This document shows, piece after piece, positions 9,680 to 17,476 of a stretch of DNA of 64,000 nt. This DNA is from Candidatus Gastranaerophilales bacterium (GTDB lineage Bacteria > Cyanobacteriota > Vampirovibrionia > Gastranaerophilales > Gastranaerophilaceae), in contig CALUXX010000002.1 in the NCBI GenBank assembly GCA_944324845.1, forward strand, positions 42,496 to 106,495, in the 5' to 3' direction. A model generated the notes under the pieces. It searched no databases and had not been told where the DNA came from. It saw only the letters and a program-made list of their open reading frames with translations. The position numbers were made by a program, and so were the translations under genes. Position 1 is the stretch's first letter. Each line of letters opens with the position of its first letter.

Positions 9680-10729
9680 ATGAAAGAGAAGAAATCATTA
9701 TATAGCAAAATAAAAGAAATATTTTCATCTGACGATAGTTATGAATTTAAACCAATGTTAGAAGAAATAGAAGAACGTCCGATGAATCCATTGGGACACT
9801 TTGTATTTTGGACAGTAATAATATTTATAATAATTTCAATTTTGTGGCTTTATTTTGGGAAAGTCGATATTGTTGTGAATGCAAAGGGTATTGTTATCCC
9901 AGAAGGAGAAGAAGTTTTCATAAAAAGTTTAAATGTCGGAGTTATAAGTGAACTTCAAATAAAAGAAGGCGATAAAGTATATAAAGATGAAATTCTTGGA
10001 GAAATTAACCCTTCAGAAAACGAACCGGAATTAGAATTGAAGAATTTAGAAGACGAAGCCAAAATGACAAGAGAAGAATTATCTCAAGCAGAAGCAAAGT
10101 TAAGATACGCCAATGACCGAAAGAAACGCCTGGCATCAGTATCAGATATAATAACGAGTTCAGAGTATGACGAAGCAAAAGAATCAAGTGCTGTATTAAG
10201 TCATGAAGTTAGCAGATTACATACCGCTCTGAAATCAATAGAAGATAGAAAAAGACAAATTGAAAACCAAACTCAAATACTTAAATCTCCAATAGATGGT
10301 TATGTTGACAAAATATATATTCACACCAAAGGTAGTGTTGTAAAATCCGGTGAAGAAGTTATATCAATAATTCCATCAAATGTAAATCTTCAAATAAAAG
10401 CCAAGGTTCGAAACGAGGATATTGGCTATTTAACAAAAGGAATGCCGGTATCGATAAAAGTTGATACTTATAATTTCCAACAATACGGATTATTAGAAGG
10501 TGAAGTTAATATAATTTCGCCAAATAGTGAACCTGACGAAAGATTAGGCAGTATTTACACGGTTTATATAACACCGCTAACGCAGAGTTTGAAAGTAGAA
10601 GGGCATGATGAACGTATAAAAATAGGGATGACAACAACAAATGAAATAAAGATAGGAAAACGAAAAATAATAGAATTTTTCATCTATCCGTTAATCAAAT
10701 ATATGGATGAAAGTATGAAAGTAAGATAA
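9680..10729 (+). CDS. HlyD-family membrane fusion (periplasmic adaptor) protein
   Basis: N-terminal transmembrane helix (FVFWTVIIFIIISILWLYF), then a lipoyl-like strand, a coiled coil and a beta-barrel segment (PIDGYVDKIYIHTKGSVVKSGEEV). At 349 aa it is shorter than classical HlyD. Confidence 0.8.
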   Translation: MKEKKSLYSKIKEIFSSDDSYEFKPMLEEIEERPMNPLGHFVFWTVIIFIIISILWLYFGKVDIVVNAKGIVIPEGEEVFIKSLNVGVISELQIKEGDKVYKDEILGEINPSENEPELELKNLEDEAKMTREELSQAEAKLRYANDRKKRLASVSDIITSSEYDEAKESSAVLSHEVSRLHTALKSIEDRKRQIENQTQILKSPIDGYVDKIYIHTKGSVVKSGEEVISIIPSNVNLQIKAKVRNEDIGYLTKGMPVSIKVDTYNFQQYGLLEGEVNIISPNSEPDERLGSIYTVYITPLTQSLKVEGHDERIKIGMTTTNEIKIGKRKIIEFFIYPLIKYMDESMKVR

Positions 10730-10801
10730 AAGGATTATCAATTTAAAATTTTGAAAGTAAAAAGGAATTAAGATTAGGAATTTCCAAAGCTAAAGGAAAT
10801 T

Positions 10802-13372
10802 ATGGAAAAGGAGAAAAAGATGAACGCAAGTTTAATAGAAAGAGAAACAACAAAAGGATACGAAGAGTTAGTAGTAAATGCGGATTTAAACAAATTTACG
10901 ATAGAAAATTTATCTAAAACTTGGACTAATATAATAACGGACGGCTATGACAGTGAAATAGTTTTACGTAATGTATCAGCGAAAGATATTGTTGCATATT
11001 TGGATTCAAATAACACCTTGTATATAGCAAGAAAAGGTTCAATTTCATACTTGTTAAAAGAATATAGCAAATATGAACAACTTCAATCAGTGCCTGGTTC
11101 AGAAGATATAAAATTTATGCCAAATTCAGGCGGAATTTCATTACCTTGCTATGATCCTGTTGTGCTAAATATTTATTTAGAAGATAAAAAAGGTGTTGTA
11201 ACAAAATTAGATATAACGAGTTATTTAGAACAAACAACACAAAAGGTAAATGAATTTTTAGCAACAACTCAATACAAAGATACAGAAACTTTGCTATTAT
11301 ATGCAGATAGCAAAACGAAGAATAAATTACTAAACATATACAAAAATGAACCATACAATCTGGATATAACAGGTACAGAATTGAAAAATAGTATTAAGGG
11401 CGGAAATGGTTCAGATGTAATAAACGCAAACGGCGGCAATGATAAAATTTGGGGATTACTTGGAAATGATACACTATATGGCGGTGCCGGAAATGACACG
11501 ATAGATGGTGGAGATGGTGACGATATCTTATATGGTGGAGCTGATAACGATAAATTATATGGAAAAGACGGAAATGATATATTGTATGGAGAGGCAGGAA
11601 ACGACAGACTATCAGGCGGCGATGGAAACGATACATTGTATGGTGGAGAAGGTAATGACACAATATATGGTGGCTATGGCGACGATATCATATATGGTGG
11701 TGCAGGCGATGATAGAATTTATGGAGAACGAGGATTTAATACAATAGTTTTCACAGGAAATGGCGGATTTGATACGGTATATTCAGGCAAAGGTGAAGAT
11801 ACGTTATATTTTGAAGATTTTTCAGATTATGCAGATGCAAATATTCAATATATGAAAAACGGAAAGCATTTAGTAATCGGATATGGTGGCTTGGATGAAA
11901 ATGGAAATCCTCTAAATACAATTACATTAGCAAATTATTTAAAAAGTCCGACAAAATCCTCAATAAAATATTTAGATTTTGGAGAAGAGCATATAAGATA
12001 TAACATTTATGAAGAAGCCTTGCTAAGTTTTACAGGAAATCCTGATAAATCAAACAAAATAACAGGAACAAGTATAAGAGATTTTATTGTAGGCGGCGAA
12101 TGGAAAGATACATTAAAAGGCGGTTCTGGAGATGACGAAATATATGGAAATGGCGGAAACGATAAAATCTATGGAGATAATGGAAACGATAGCCTTTATG
12201 GAGGTGCAGGTAACGACACTATAAAAGGTGGCGCTAATGACGATTATATCGAAGGTGGTCTTGGTGATGACAGAATATATGGCGGCTCAGGAATAAATAA
12301 AGTAGTATTCAGAGTTGGCGATGGAAATGATTATGTATATTTAGATAAAAAGGGTGTTTCTAATCTGGTATTTGAGAATGCGGATGTTTCAAAATTAAGT
12401 TATGACAAAGATGGAAATCATTTGATTGTAAAATATTCAGATACAGATAGTGTAACTATAGTAAATTATTTCAAAACCAAGAATGCCGCAGACTTATTAG
12501 GAGGAAAGTTGTTATTTGGAAATAACGAAAGTATAAATTTATCAGAAATTGTAGTTCCAGGACAATTACAACCAAATGGAACATATAGCTATATAGGGAC
12601 AGATAAAACCAGTAGTATAATAACAACGACAACTAAGAAAACTGCATACGTAAATACAGGAAATGGAAATAATACAGTATTTTTAAATTCTTCATATGGA
12701 ACAGTAGAAGGTGGAAATGGCAACGATACAATTTATATAAAAGGTTCCAACACAAAAGTTTTGACAAATGAAGGAAATGACACCATATACATAAACAGTA
12801 CAGGAAACTTTGTTGATGCAGGTTCAGGTAATAATACAATATACATAAACAAAACTTCTGAAGTAATCGGAGGTGAGGATAAAGACACTTATGCAATAAA
12901 GAACCTATCTTTTGATGTAGATATAAAAGATTTAGGCGGGACAAATGATGAAGTAATAATAGGTGAAAAACGAAGCAATATAAATTTCGTGTATAATGTT
13001 CAGATAGATGAAGATGGTCAGATTACGGATAATGACGCTTCAAATGACTTGTATATAGTAAGTGATAAAGTTTTCAAGAATATATCTAAGAGTTTAGGCA
13101 AAGGAACGTTGATAGAGGATTATTTTACGAAAGACGAATCCGGCAAGAATGGTGGAATTGAACACATATATTCAAAAGATGGCTACACAATAAGTTTGGA
13201 TGATATAAATATGGTAAAACAACAAGTCGCATTTTGGCTATACAATAACAATTATGGAAGTACAGATGAAGTATTTGCCAGTGGAAATAAAGAAGCTATT
13301 TCATCAATTTTGGCTATATATCAAAATGCGGATAATTATTGGAGTACAGGTTCAACTAATATAGAAGTTTAG
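10802..13372 (+). CDS. RTX-repeat (GGxGxD nonapeptide) calcium-binding protein, the likely T1SS substrate
   Basis: Two blocks of canonical nonapeptides (GGNGSDVINANGGNDKIWGLLGNDTLYGGAGNDTIDGGDGDDILYGG... and GGSGDDEIYGNGGNDKIYGDNGNDSLYGGAGNDTIKGG...). There is no N-terminal signal peptide. It lies directly downstream of the T1SS genes. An alternative start is at 10820. Confidence 0.85.
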   Translation: MEKEKKMNASLIERETTKGYEELVVNADLNKFTIENLSKTWTNIITDGYDSEIVLRNVSAKDIVAYLDSNNTLYIARKGSISYLLKEYSKYEQLQSVPGSEDIKFMPNSGGISLPCYDPVVLNIYLEDKKGVVTKLDITSYLEQTTQKVNEFLATTQYKDTETLLLYADSKTKNKLLNIYKNEPYNLDITGTELKNSIKGGNGSDVINANGGNDKIWGLLGNDTLYGGAGNDTIDGGDGDDILYGGADNDKLYGKDGNDILYGEAGNDRLSGGDGNDTLYGGEGNDTIYGGYGDDIIYGGAGDDRIYGERGFNTIVFTGNGGFDTVYSGKGEDTLYFEDFSDYADANIQYMKNGKHLVIGYGGLDENGNPLNTITLANYLKSPTKSSIKYLDFGEEHIRYNIYEEALLSFTGNPDKSNKITGTSIRDFIVGGEWKDTLKGGSGDDEIYGNGGNDKIYGDNGNDSLYGGAGNDTIKGGANDDYIEGGLGDDRIYGGSGINKVVFRVGDGNDYVYLDKKGVSNLVFENADVSKLSYDKDGNHLIVKYSDTDSVTIVNYFKTKNAADLLGGKLLFGNNESINLSEIVVPGQLQPNGTYSYIGTDKTSSIITTTTKKTAYVNTGNGNNTVFLNSSYGTVEGGNGNDTIYIKGSNTKVLTNEGNDTIYINSTGNFVDAGSGNNTIYINKTSEVIGGEDKDTYAIKNLSFDVDIKDLGGTNDEVIIGEKRSNINFVYNVQIDEDGQITDNDASNDLYIVSDKVFKNISKSLGKGTLIEDYFTKDESGKNGGIEHIYSKDGYTISLDDINMVKQQVAFWLYNNNYGSTDEVFASGNKEAISSILAIYQNADNYWSTGSTNIEV
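11399..11733 (+). repeat. RTX nonapeptide block 1, about 12 tandem 27-nt units within the CDS
   Basis: In-frame GGxGxDx(L/I/Y)x repeats read directly from the translation. Confidence 0.85.
12119..12292 (+). repeat. RTX nonapeptide block 2, about 6 units within the CDS
   Basis: GGSGDDEIYGNGGNDKIYGDNGNDSLYGGAGNDTIKGGANDDYIEGGLGDDRIYGGSG. Confidence 0.85.
12659..12853 (+). repeat. Degenerate Asn-rich RTX-like block 3, with a period of about 18-19 aa
   Basis: GNGNNTVFLNSSYGTVEGGNGNDTIYIKGSNTKVLTNEGNDTIYINSTGNFVDAGSGNNTIYINK. The core GN(G)N(D/N)T(I/V)(Y/F) recurs four times. Confidence 0.6.
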
Positions 13373-13396
13373 ATAAAAATAGAAAAACGAACTCAA

Positions 13397-13436
13397 AAAT
13401 TCATCCTTAAAAATTATTTGGGGATGAATTTTTTTA
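13397..13436 (+). terminator. Rho-independent terminator after the RTX gene
   Basis: AAATTCATCC (13397-13406) pairs with GGATGAATTT (13422-13431), followed by a T run. Confidence 0.75.
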
Positions 13437-13574
13437 CAATAAAATTGCTTTTTAAATTTTTATAATTAAGAAAGATTATAGAAATCAACAAGCTCCTACT
13501 TTTGGTTGATTTTTGGCTATAAATATTGAAAAAAATAGTCAAGATAATGTAAGATAGAATAGAGAGGTAGTATT

Positions 13575-13922
13575 ATGCAGAATAGTTATTTCCCAAAATA
13601 TGATCTGGCAAGTCGAATAGAACATACCAAATTTGATTCAGGTATGGGCGGAATAATGCCCAAAAGCATAAGACTTGAGGGTGTAGAAGCTCCCGAAACC
13701 CAGAATTTCAAACAAGTATTTACCGGGGTAATAGAAAATTTAAATGCTCAAATGGAGGCACCGGATAATTTACTAAAAGATGTAATGATGGGAAATAAGA
13801 ACGTTGATATACATGATGTAATGACTGCTATGTCAAAGTCAGAAATAGCAGTAAACGTAGCAACTCAGCTTACAGGGAAAGTAATCAACGCATACGATAG
13901 AATATCACAGATTTCTGTATAG
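13575..13922 (+). CDS. fliE: Flagellar hook-basal body complex protein FliE
   Basis: 115 aa. The C-terminus NVDIHDVMTAMSKSEIAVNVATQLTGKVINAYDRISQISV matches the conserved FliE C-terminal pattern (LHDVMIA..KA...Q..VQVRNK.V.AY.EI..M). A GAGAGG ribosome binding site lies upstream. Confidence 0.75.
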   Translation: MQNSYFPKYDLASRIEHTKFDSGMGGIMPKSIRLEGVEAPETQNFKQVFTGVIENLNAQMEAPDNLLKDVMMGNKNVDIHDVMTAMSKSEIAVNVATQLTGKVINAYDRISQISV

Positions 13923-13977
13923 AAATAATATTATCAGTAAATAAAAATTATTAAAATATTCAGACAGTGGGACGGAA

Positions 13978-15675
13978 ATGGATTTTAACAAAATATTAGA
14001 AAACAAACCTTTATTGTATGGAATAATCGGTACAGTTACCGTAGTGATACTTATTGTCATAATAAGTATAATAATGTCAGTAAGTAATGCAAATAAGGGT
14101 GGAGATAATACAGCTAAAAAAGTAGGGGATGAACCATTAAAAGCAAATGTTGACTTGCTAACGACAGATAATATAGGAAAGGCCCTTGAAATTCAGGCAT
14201 TATTGGCAAGACAGGGAATAACCGTAGAAAGACAAATGGACGGAACAAAATCAAAGTTAGTTTTAAATGCTAAAAATTGTTCAACCTTAACAAAAAAATG
14301 TACGGTAACGGATAGAGATAATGCACTTTTAGCAATAGTAGAAAGTGGTTTAGTAGATCAAAATGTCGGCTTAGAAATATTTGATAAGGGAGATTTTACA
14401 TCAACCAAGGAAGACAAACGTATTCGTTTAGCCAGAGCAATGAATGGTGAATTGGCAAGATTAATCAAGCGTATAGGAAATCTTGAAAATGCGACAGTAT
14501 TTATTTCAATTCCCGAAACATCAAGTATGTGGGATGATGGAAACAATCCAAGAACCGCAACTGTTCAGTTGGTATTACCATCAGGAGAAAAGCTTGATCA
14601 AATGAAGGTTAAAGCGATAACAAACTTATTATTAGGTAGTGTATCAAAATTAAAAGCAGAAAATATATCCATAACAGACACAAACGGTAACGTATATCGA
14701 AGTGTAATGGATGCAGAAGATGAAATGTTGCAGAAATTGGAAGAAAATGACAAATATATGCAACAAAAAATATCAAAACAATTAGATAGACTTGTAGGAA
14801 CAGGTAATTATGTAGTAACTGTAAGTACCTTTTTGCGACAAACTCCAGTTGAAAAATATTCAATAGAATATGATCCAACGAAAAAAGCATCAGTATCAGA
14901 ACAATCATTTAAAGAAGGCTTAGGAGATGAAACCAAAGACCAATCAAGAGGTATAAATGCAGTAAGTACATATCTTCCAAGCGGATTACCAACAGGTGGC
15001 GCTGATTCAAGTCAAAACAGAACATATTCACGTCAAGCAACCGAAACTCAATACGGAGTAACCAAAACACAAACAAGTGAATATATAAGACCTGGAGTTG
15101 TAGAAGATATTTCAATAGCTGTGACATTAGATAAAAATAATTTGCCATCAGATACAACAGAAGAAGATTTAAAAGAATTGATAGCAAGAGCAGCAAGTCC
15201 AAAGGTATCAGCAGCGAATGTATCAATAGCATATACAACAGGAACAGATCCATACTTAACACCTGATAGACAGCAAGCAATGCCAACAGTAGATAAAACA
15301 GGAAATCCATGGTGGTTAGCATTGTTATTAACAGGATTTGGTTTGGTAATAATATTCTCAGCGATATCATCAAAAGTTCGCAGAATAAAAGAAGAGAACC
15401 AAATCGAAGTAGAAAATCTACGTCAAAGAACATTAGAACAGGAAAAACAACTGAACGCGATAAATTCAAAAGCAAGTCAGTTGACACAACGCCAATCTCA
15501 ATTAGCTCAAGACTTGATAAATCAACAAAATCAACAACGAGCAGCTGCGCCAATTTCACAATTTGATGAAAACTTACTAATAGATTCATTAGATAGTATT
15601 TCAGGCGAGATAACAGAAGATTCAGCAGATAAGATAAAGAGTTGGATAGAAGAAGGATCAGGCAGGGAAGGTTAA
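13978..15675 (+). CDS. fliF: Flagellar MS-ring protein FliF (YscJ/FliF family)
   Basis: 565 aa with an N-terminal transmembrane helix. YscJ/FliF-like ring-building segments are present (ALEIQALLARQGITVERQMDG..., RLARAMNGELARLIKRIGNLENATVFISIPE, RTATVQLVLPSG). A second transmembrane helix is WWLALLLTGFGLVIIFSAI. The cytoplasmic tail ends ADKIKSWIEEG, like the FliG-binding helix of FliF. Confidence 0.8.
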   Translation: MDFNKILENKPLLYGIIGTVTVVILIVIISIIMSVSNANKGGDNTAKKVGDEPLKANVDLLTTDNIGKALEIQALLARQGITVERQMDGTKSKLVLNAKNCSTLTKKCTVTDRDNALLAIVESGLVDQNVGLEIFDKGDFTSTKEDKRIRLARAMNGELARLIKRIGNLENATVFISIPETSSMWDDGNNPRTATVQLVLPSGEKLDQMKVKAITNLLLGSVSKLKAENISITDTNGNVYRSVMDAEDEMLQKLEENDKYMQQKISKQLDRLVGTGNYVVTVSTFLRQTPVEKYSIEYDPTKKASVSEQSFKEGLGDETKDQSRGINAVSTYLPSGLPTGGADSSQNRTYSRQATETQYGVTKTQTSEYIRPGVVEDISIAVTLDKNNLPSDTTEEDLKELIARAASPKVSAANVSIAYTTGTDPYLTPDRQQAMPTVDKTGNPWWLALLLTGFGLVIIFSAISSKVRRIKEENQIEVENLRQRTLEQEKQLNAINSKASQLTQRQSQLAQDLINQQNQQRAAAPISQFDENLLIDSLDSISGEITEDSADKIKSWIEEGSGREG

Positions 15676-15685
15676 ACAATAAAAA

Positions 15686-16699
15686 ATGGCAACAAAAGAT
15701 TTTGATTATCAAAGTTTTGCGAAGAATTTAGCTCAGCAGGCACAGGAGATGGTCCCTGCTGAGTTTACTGATTTTCAAAAGCAGTATGTCGTTAATACTT
15801 TAGGCAATTTTTCAATGTTGTCAGGTAAGACTTTAGCAGAAGATGAGAATTTACATTTTGATGCGGAACAATCAGTATTAATAACTCAAATTATAGCGGA
15901 ATGGTCATTTCATAAATCAGTTGATGTAATACGTTCAGGGATTCCACAACAGTATTGGGATCCTATTATGCAAAAAATAGCATATACAATATTTGAAATT
16001 GCTAAACAAACATTTTCTCAAGGCTTGCCTCAAGATAAAATTCTTGAATTGATAGAACACCACGTAAAAAAGACTTATGTAGAAGCTTTAGGAGAATTAA
16101 AAAACAAAGGAGCCATAGATGAAGGCTTGATGGAATATGCAGCCTCTCAATCCAATATGGATAGAATGGCACAAGAGATGCAGCAACAAGCCGCACAAGC
16201 AGAAGCAATGCCTGAAGGCGATAATGTCGCCGGTGATATGCAAATGCCAGTTGACGCAGGAGCAGCACCAGCAGCATTTCCAAAGGTTGATTCAAAAGTT
16301 CTTAAACTTGCAACTGTTGCAATGTTATTTAATAAGATGAAACAGGATAAAGTTCAATCAATATTAGATAAATTTAATCCTGAAGATGCACAAGCAGTAA
16401 TCAAATTTATGCAAATGCCTGATTTACCGCAAAGAGTAGGTACAGCAAATGCTTTAAGATGTTTACAAGAGATAAAAACAAATTTACCGAAAAATACCGA
16501 CTTAAATCCAAACAAGGTTGTATTAAAGATAAGAAAATTTGCATCAAAGCATTCTCGTAAAGAAATAGATACAATATTATTAAGTGAGCGAATTGGAGTA
16601 AAACGCTTGGTATTTAACGCATTAGAGGGTAATTATTATGATAAAATCCCACCAAAAGTAGCAAGTATTGTTGCCTCTCATTTGTGTAATGGTGTATAA
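15686..16699 (+). CDS. Atypical protein in the fliG position: novel N-terminal domain, Q/A/M-rich linker and a FliG_N-like C-terminal segment
   Basis: 337 aa, which is FliG-sized and in FliG's position. Only residues about 203-337 resemble the FliG N-terminal ARM-like fold (KLATVAMLFNKMKQDKVQSILDKFNPEDAQAVIKFM). I could not find the EHPQ(R) middle-domain motif or the MFVFEDI torque-helix region of the C-terminal domain. Confidence 0.45.
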   Translation: MATKDFDYQSFAKNLAQQAQEMVPAEFTDFQKQYVVNTLGNFSMLSGKTLAEDENLHFDAEQSVLITQIIAEWSFHKSVDVIRSGIPQQYWDPIMQKIAYTIFEIAKQTFSQGLPQDKILELIEHHVKKTYVEALGELKNKGAIDEGLMEYAASQSNMDRMAQEMQQQAAQAEAMPEGDNVAGDMQMPVDAGAAPAAFPKVDSKVLKLATVAMLFNKMKQDKVQSILDKFNPEDAQAVIKFMQMPDLPQRVGTANALRCLQEIKTNLPKNTDLNPNKVVLKIRKFASKHSRKEIDTILLSERIGVKRLVFNALEGNYYDKIPPKVASIVASHLCNGV

Positions 16700-16711
16700 T
16701 GTTTTTGTATC

Positions 16712-17476
16712 ATGATAATAAAAAACAAAAATAAAAAGAAGAAAAAATCGTTAGAGGAAGAGGTAATCCAGCAAGAGGGGAATGTTCAAGATTCAAGTAT
16801 GGAAGTGAATGTTGAGCAATTTTTGGATGCTTCGGAAGCCCCAGTTGTAGAAACTAAACAATCAGAGTCTGAAATAGACTTGTTTAATTTGGATAATATT
16901 GATTTTAAACAGCGTCAAGAACGCCGTAGGGGAGATAGACGCAGAGGATTCAGACGAATTGATGATAGAAATTTAATCTCAAGAGCAAGAGAAGAAGCAG
17001 CGGCAATAAAAGAAGCAGCAGCAAAAGAAGGTTATCAGGAAGGACTAGATGCAGCGCAAGCAGAGATAGCTGATTTGCGAGATGCTATAGGGAACTTTCT
17101 AAATGCAAAACAGGCGGTATTTGATTCAATAGCACCTGATATTCTTGAAATAGGAATGGATATTGCAAAAAAAATCATTAAAAAAGAATCAATAGAGGAT
17201 TCTTCAATAATTCTAGAGAATATCAAAGAGATATTAAGCGGATTATCGAAGGAGGAAAAAAAGATTACATTATCTGTAAATCCGGCGCAAAGTGCTATGC
17301 TAAAGCAGGAAATTCCTGAGGTGGTAACCTCAATGGGATTTGAAGCGACAGTTTTAATTGTGCCGGATGAAAATGTAACAGAAGGCGGGTGTATTGTTAC
17401 GACCTCAAATGGTGTAATTGATGCAACAATAGAATCACAGTTATCAATAATTAGTAAGGTATTGAAAGAGGTATAA
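16712..17476 (+). CDS. fliH: Flagellar assembly protein FliH (FliH/SctL family)
   Basis: Central EEAAAIKEAAAKEGYQEGLDAAQAEIADLRDAI and C-terminal LIVPDENVTEGGCIVTTSNGVIDATIESQL are typical FliH features. The N-terminus is lysine-rich (KNKNKKKKKS), so the start is uncertain. Confidence 0.75.
   Translation: MIIKNKNKKKKKSLEEEVIQQEGNVQDSSMEVNVEQFLDASEAPVVETKQSESEIDLFNLDNIDFKQRQERRRGDRRRGFRRIDDRNLISRAREEAAAIKEAAAKEGYQEGLDAAQAEIADLRDAIGNFLNAKQAVFDSIAPDILEIGMDIAKKIIKKESIEDSSIILENIKEILSGLSKEEKKITLSVNPAQSAMLKQEIPEVVTSMGFEATVLIVPDENVTEGGCIVTTSNGVIDATIESQLSIISKVLKEV

Noticed and set aside
11269-11747. Three overlapping ORFs (11269-11661 minus, 11394-11663 minus, 11505-11747 plus) with repetitive PSPP/HH/MVE-type products.
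   Set aside because: They lie wholly inside RTX repeat block 1. The 27-nt periodic, stop-poor sequence keeps several frames open. The GGxGxD frame is the only biologically coherent one.
11399-12292. A periodic tandem repeat that might be mistaken for a CRISPR array or a VNTR.
   Set aside because: The 27-nt units are in-frame codons for RTX nonapeptides. There are no unique spacers and no cas genes. I saw no CRISPR-like array anywhere in the window.
13520-13547. A sigma-28 (FliA)-like promoter upstream of fliE: TAAA, 16 nt, CAAGATAA.
   Set aside because: Only 5 of 8 positions match the -10 element GCCGATAA, and the spacer is off by one. Such matches are expected by chance in AT-rich intergenic DNA.
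14909-15712. A 267-aa minus-strand ORF.
   Set aside because: It is entirely antisense to the 3' half of fliF and the start of the next gene. The product is Leu-rich low complexity with no motifs. It is a typical shadow ORF of an AT-rich coding region.
16712-16745. An A-rich tract (A6, A5, A5, A6) at the 5' end of fliH, and A8/T8 runs at about 34381 and about 38384, as possible phase-variation sites.
   Set aside because: The runs are short and interrupted, and they encode Lys or Phe in an AT-rich genome. Without population data nothing indicates slipped-strand switching.
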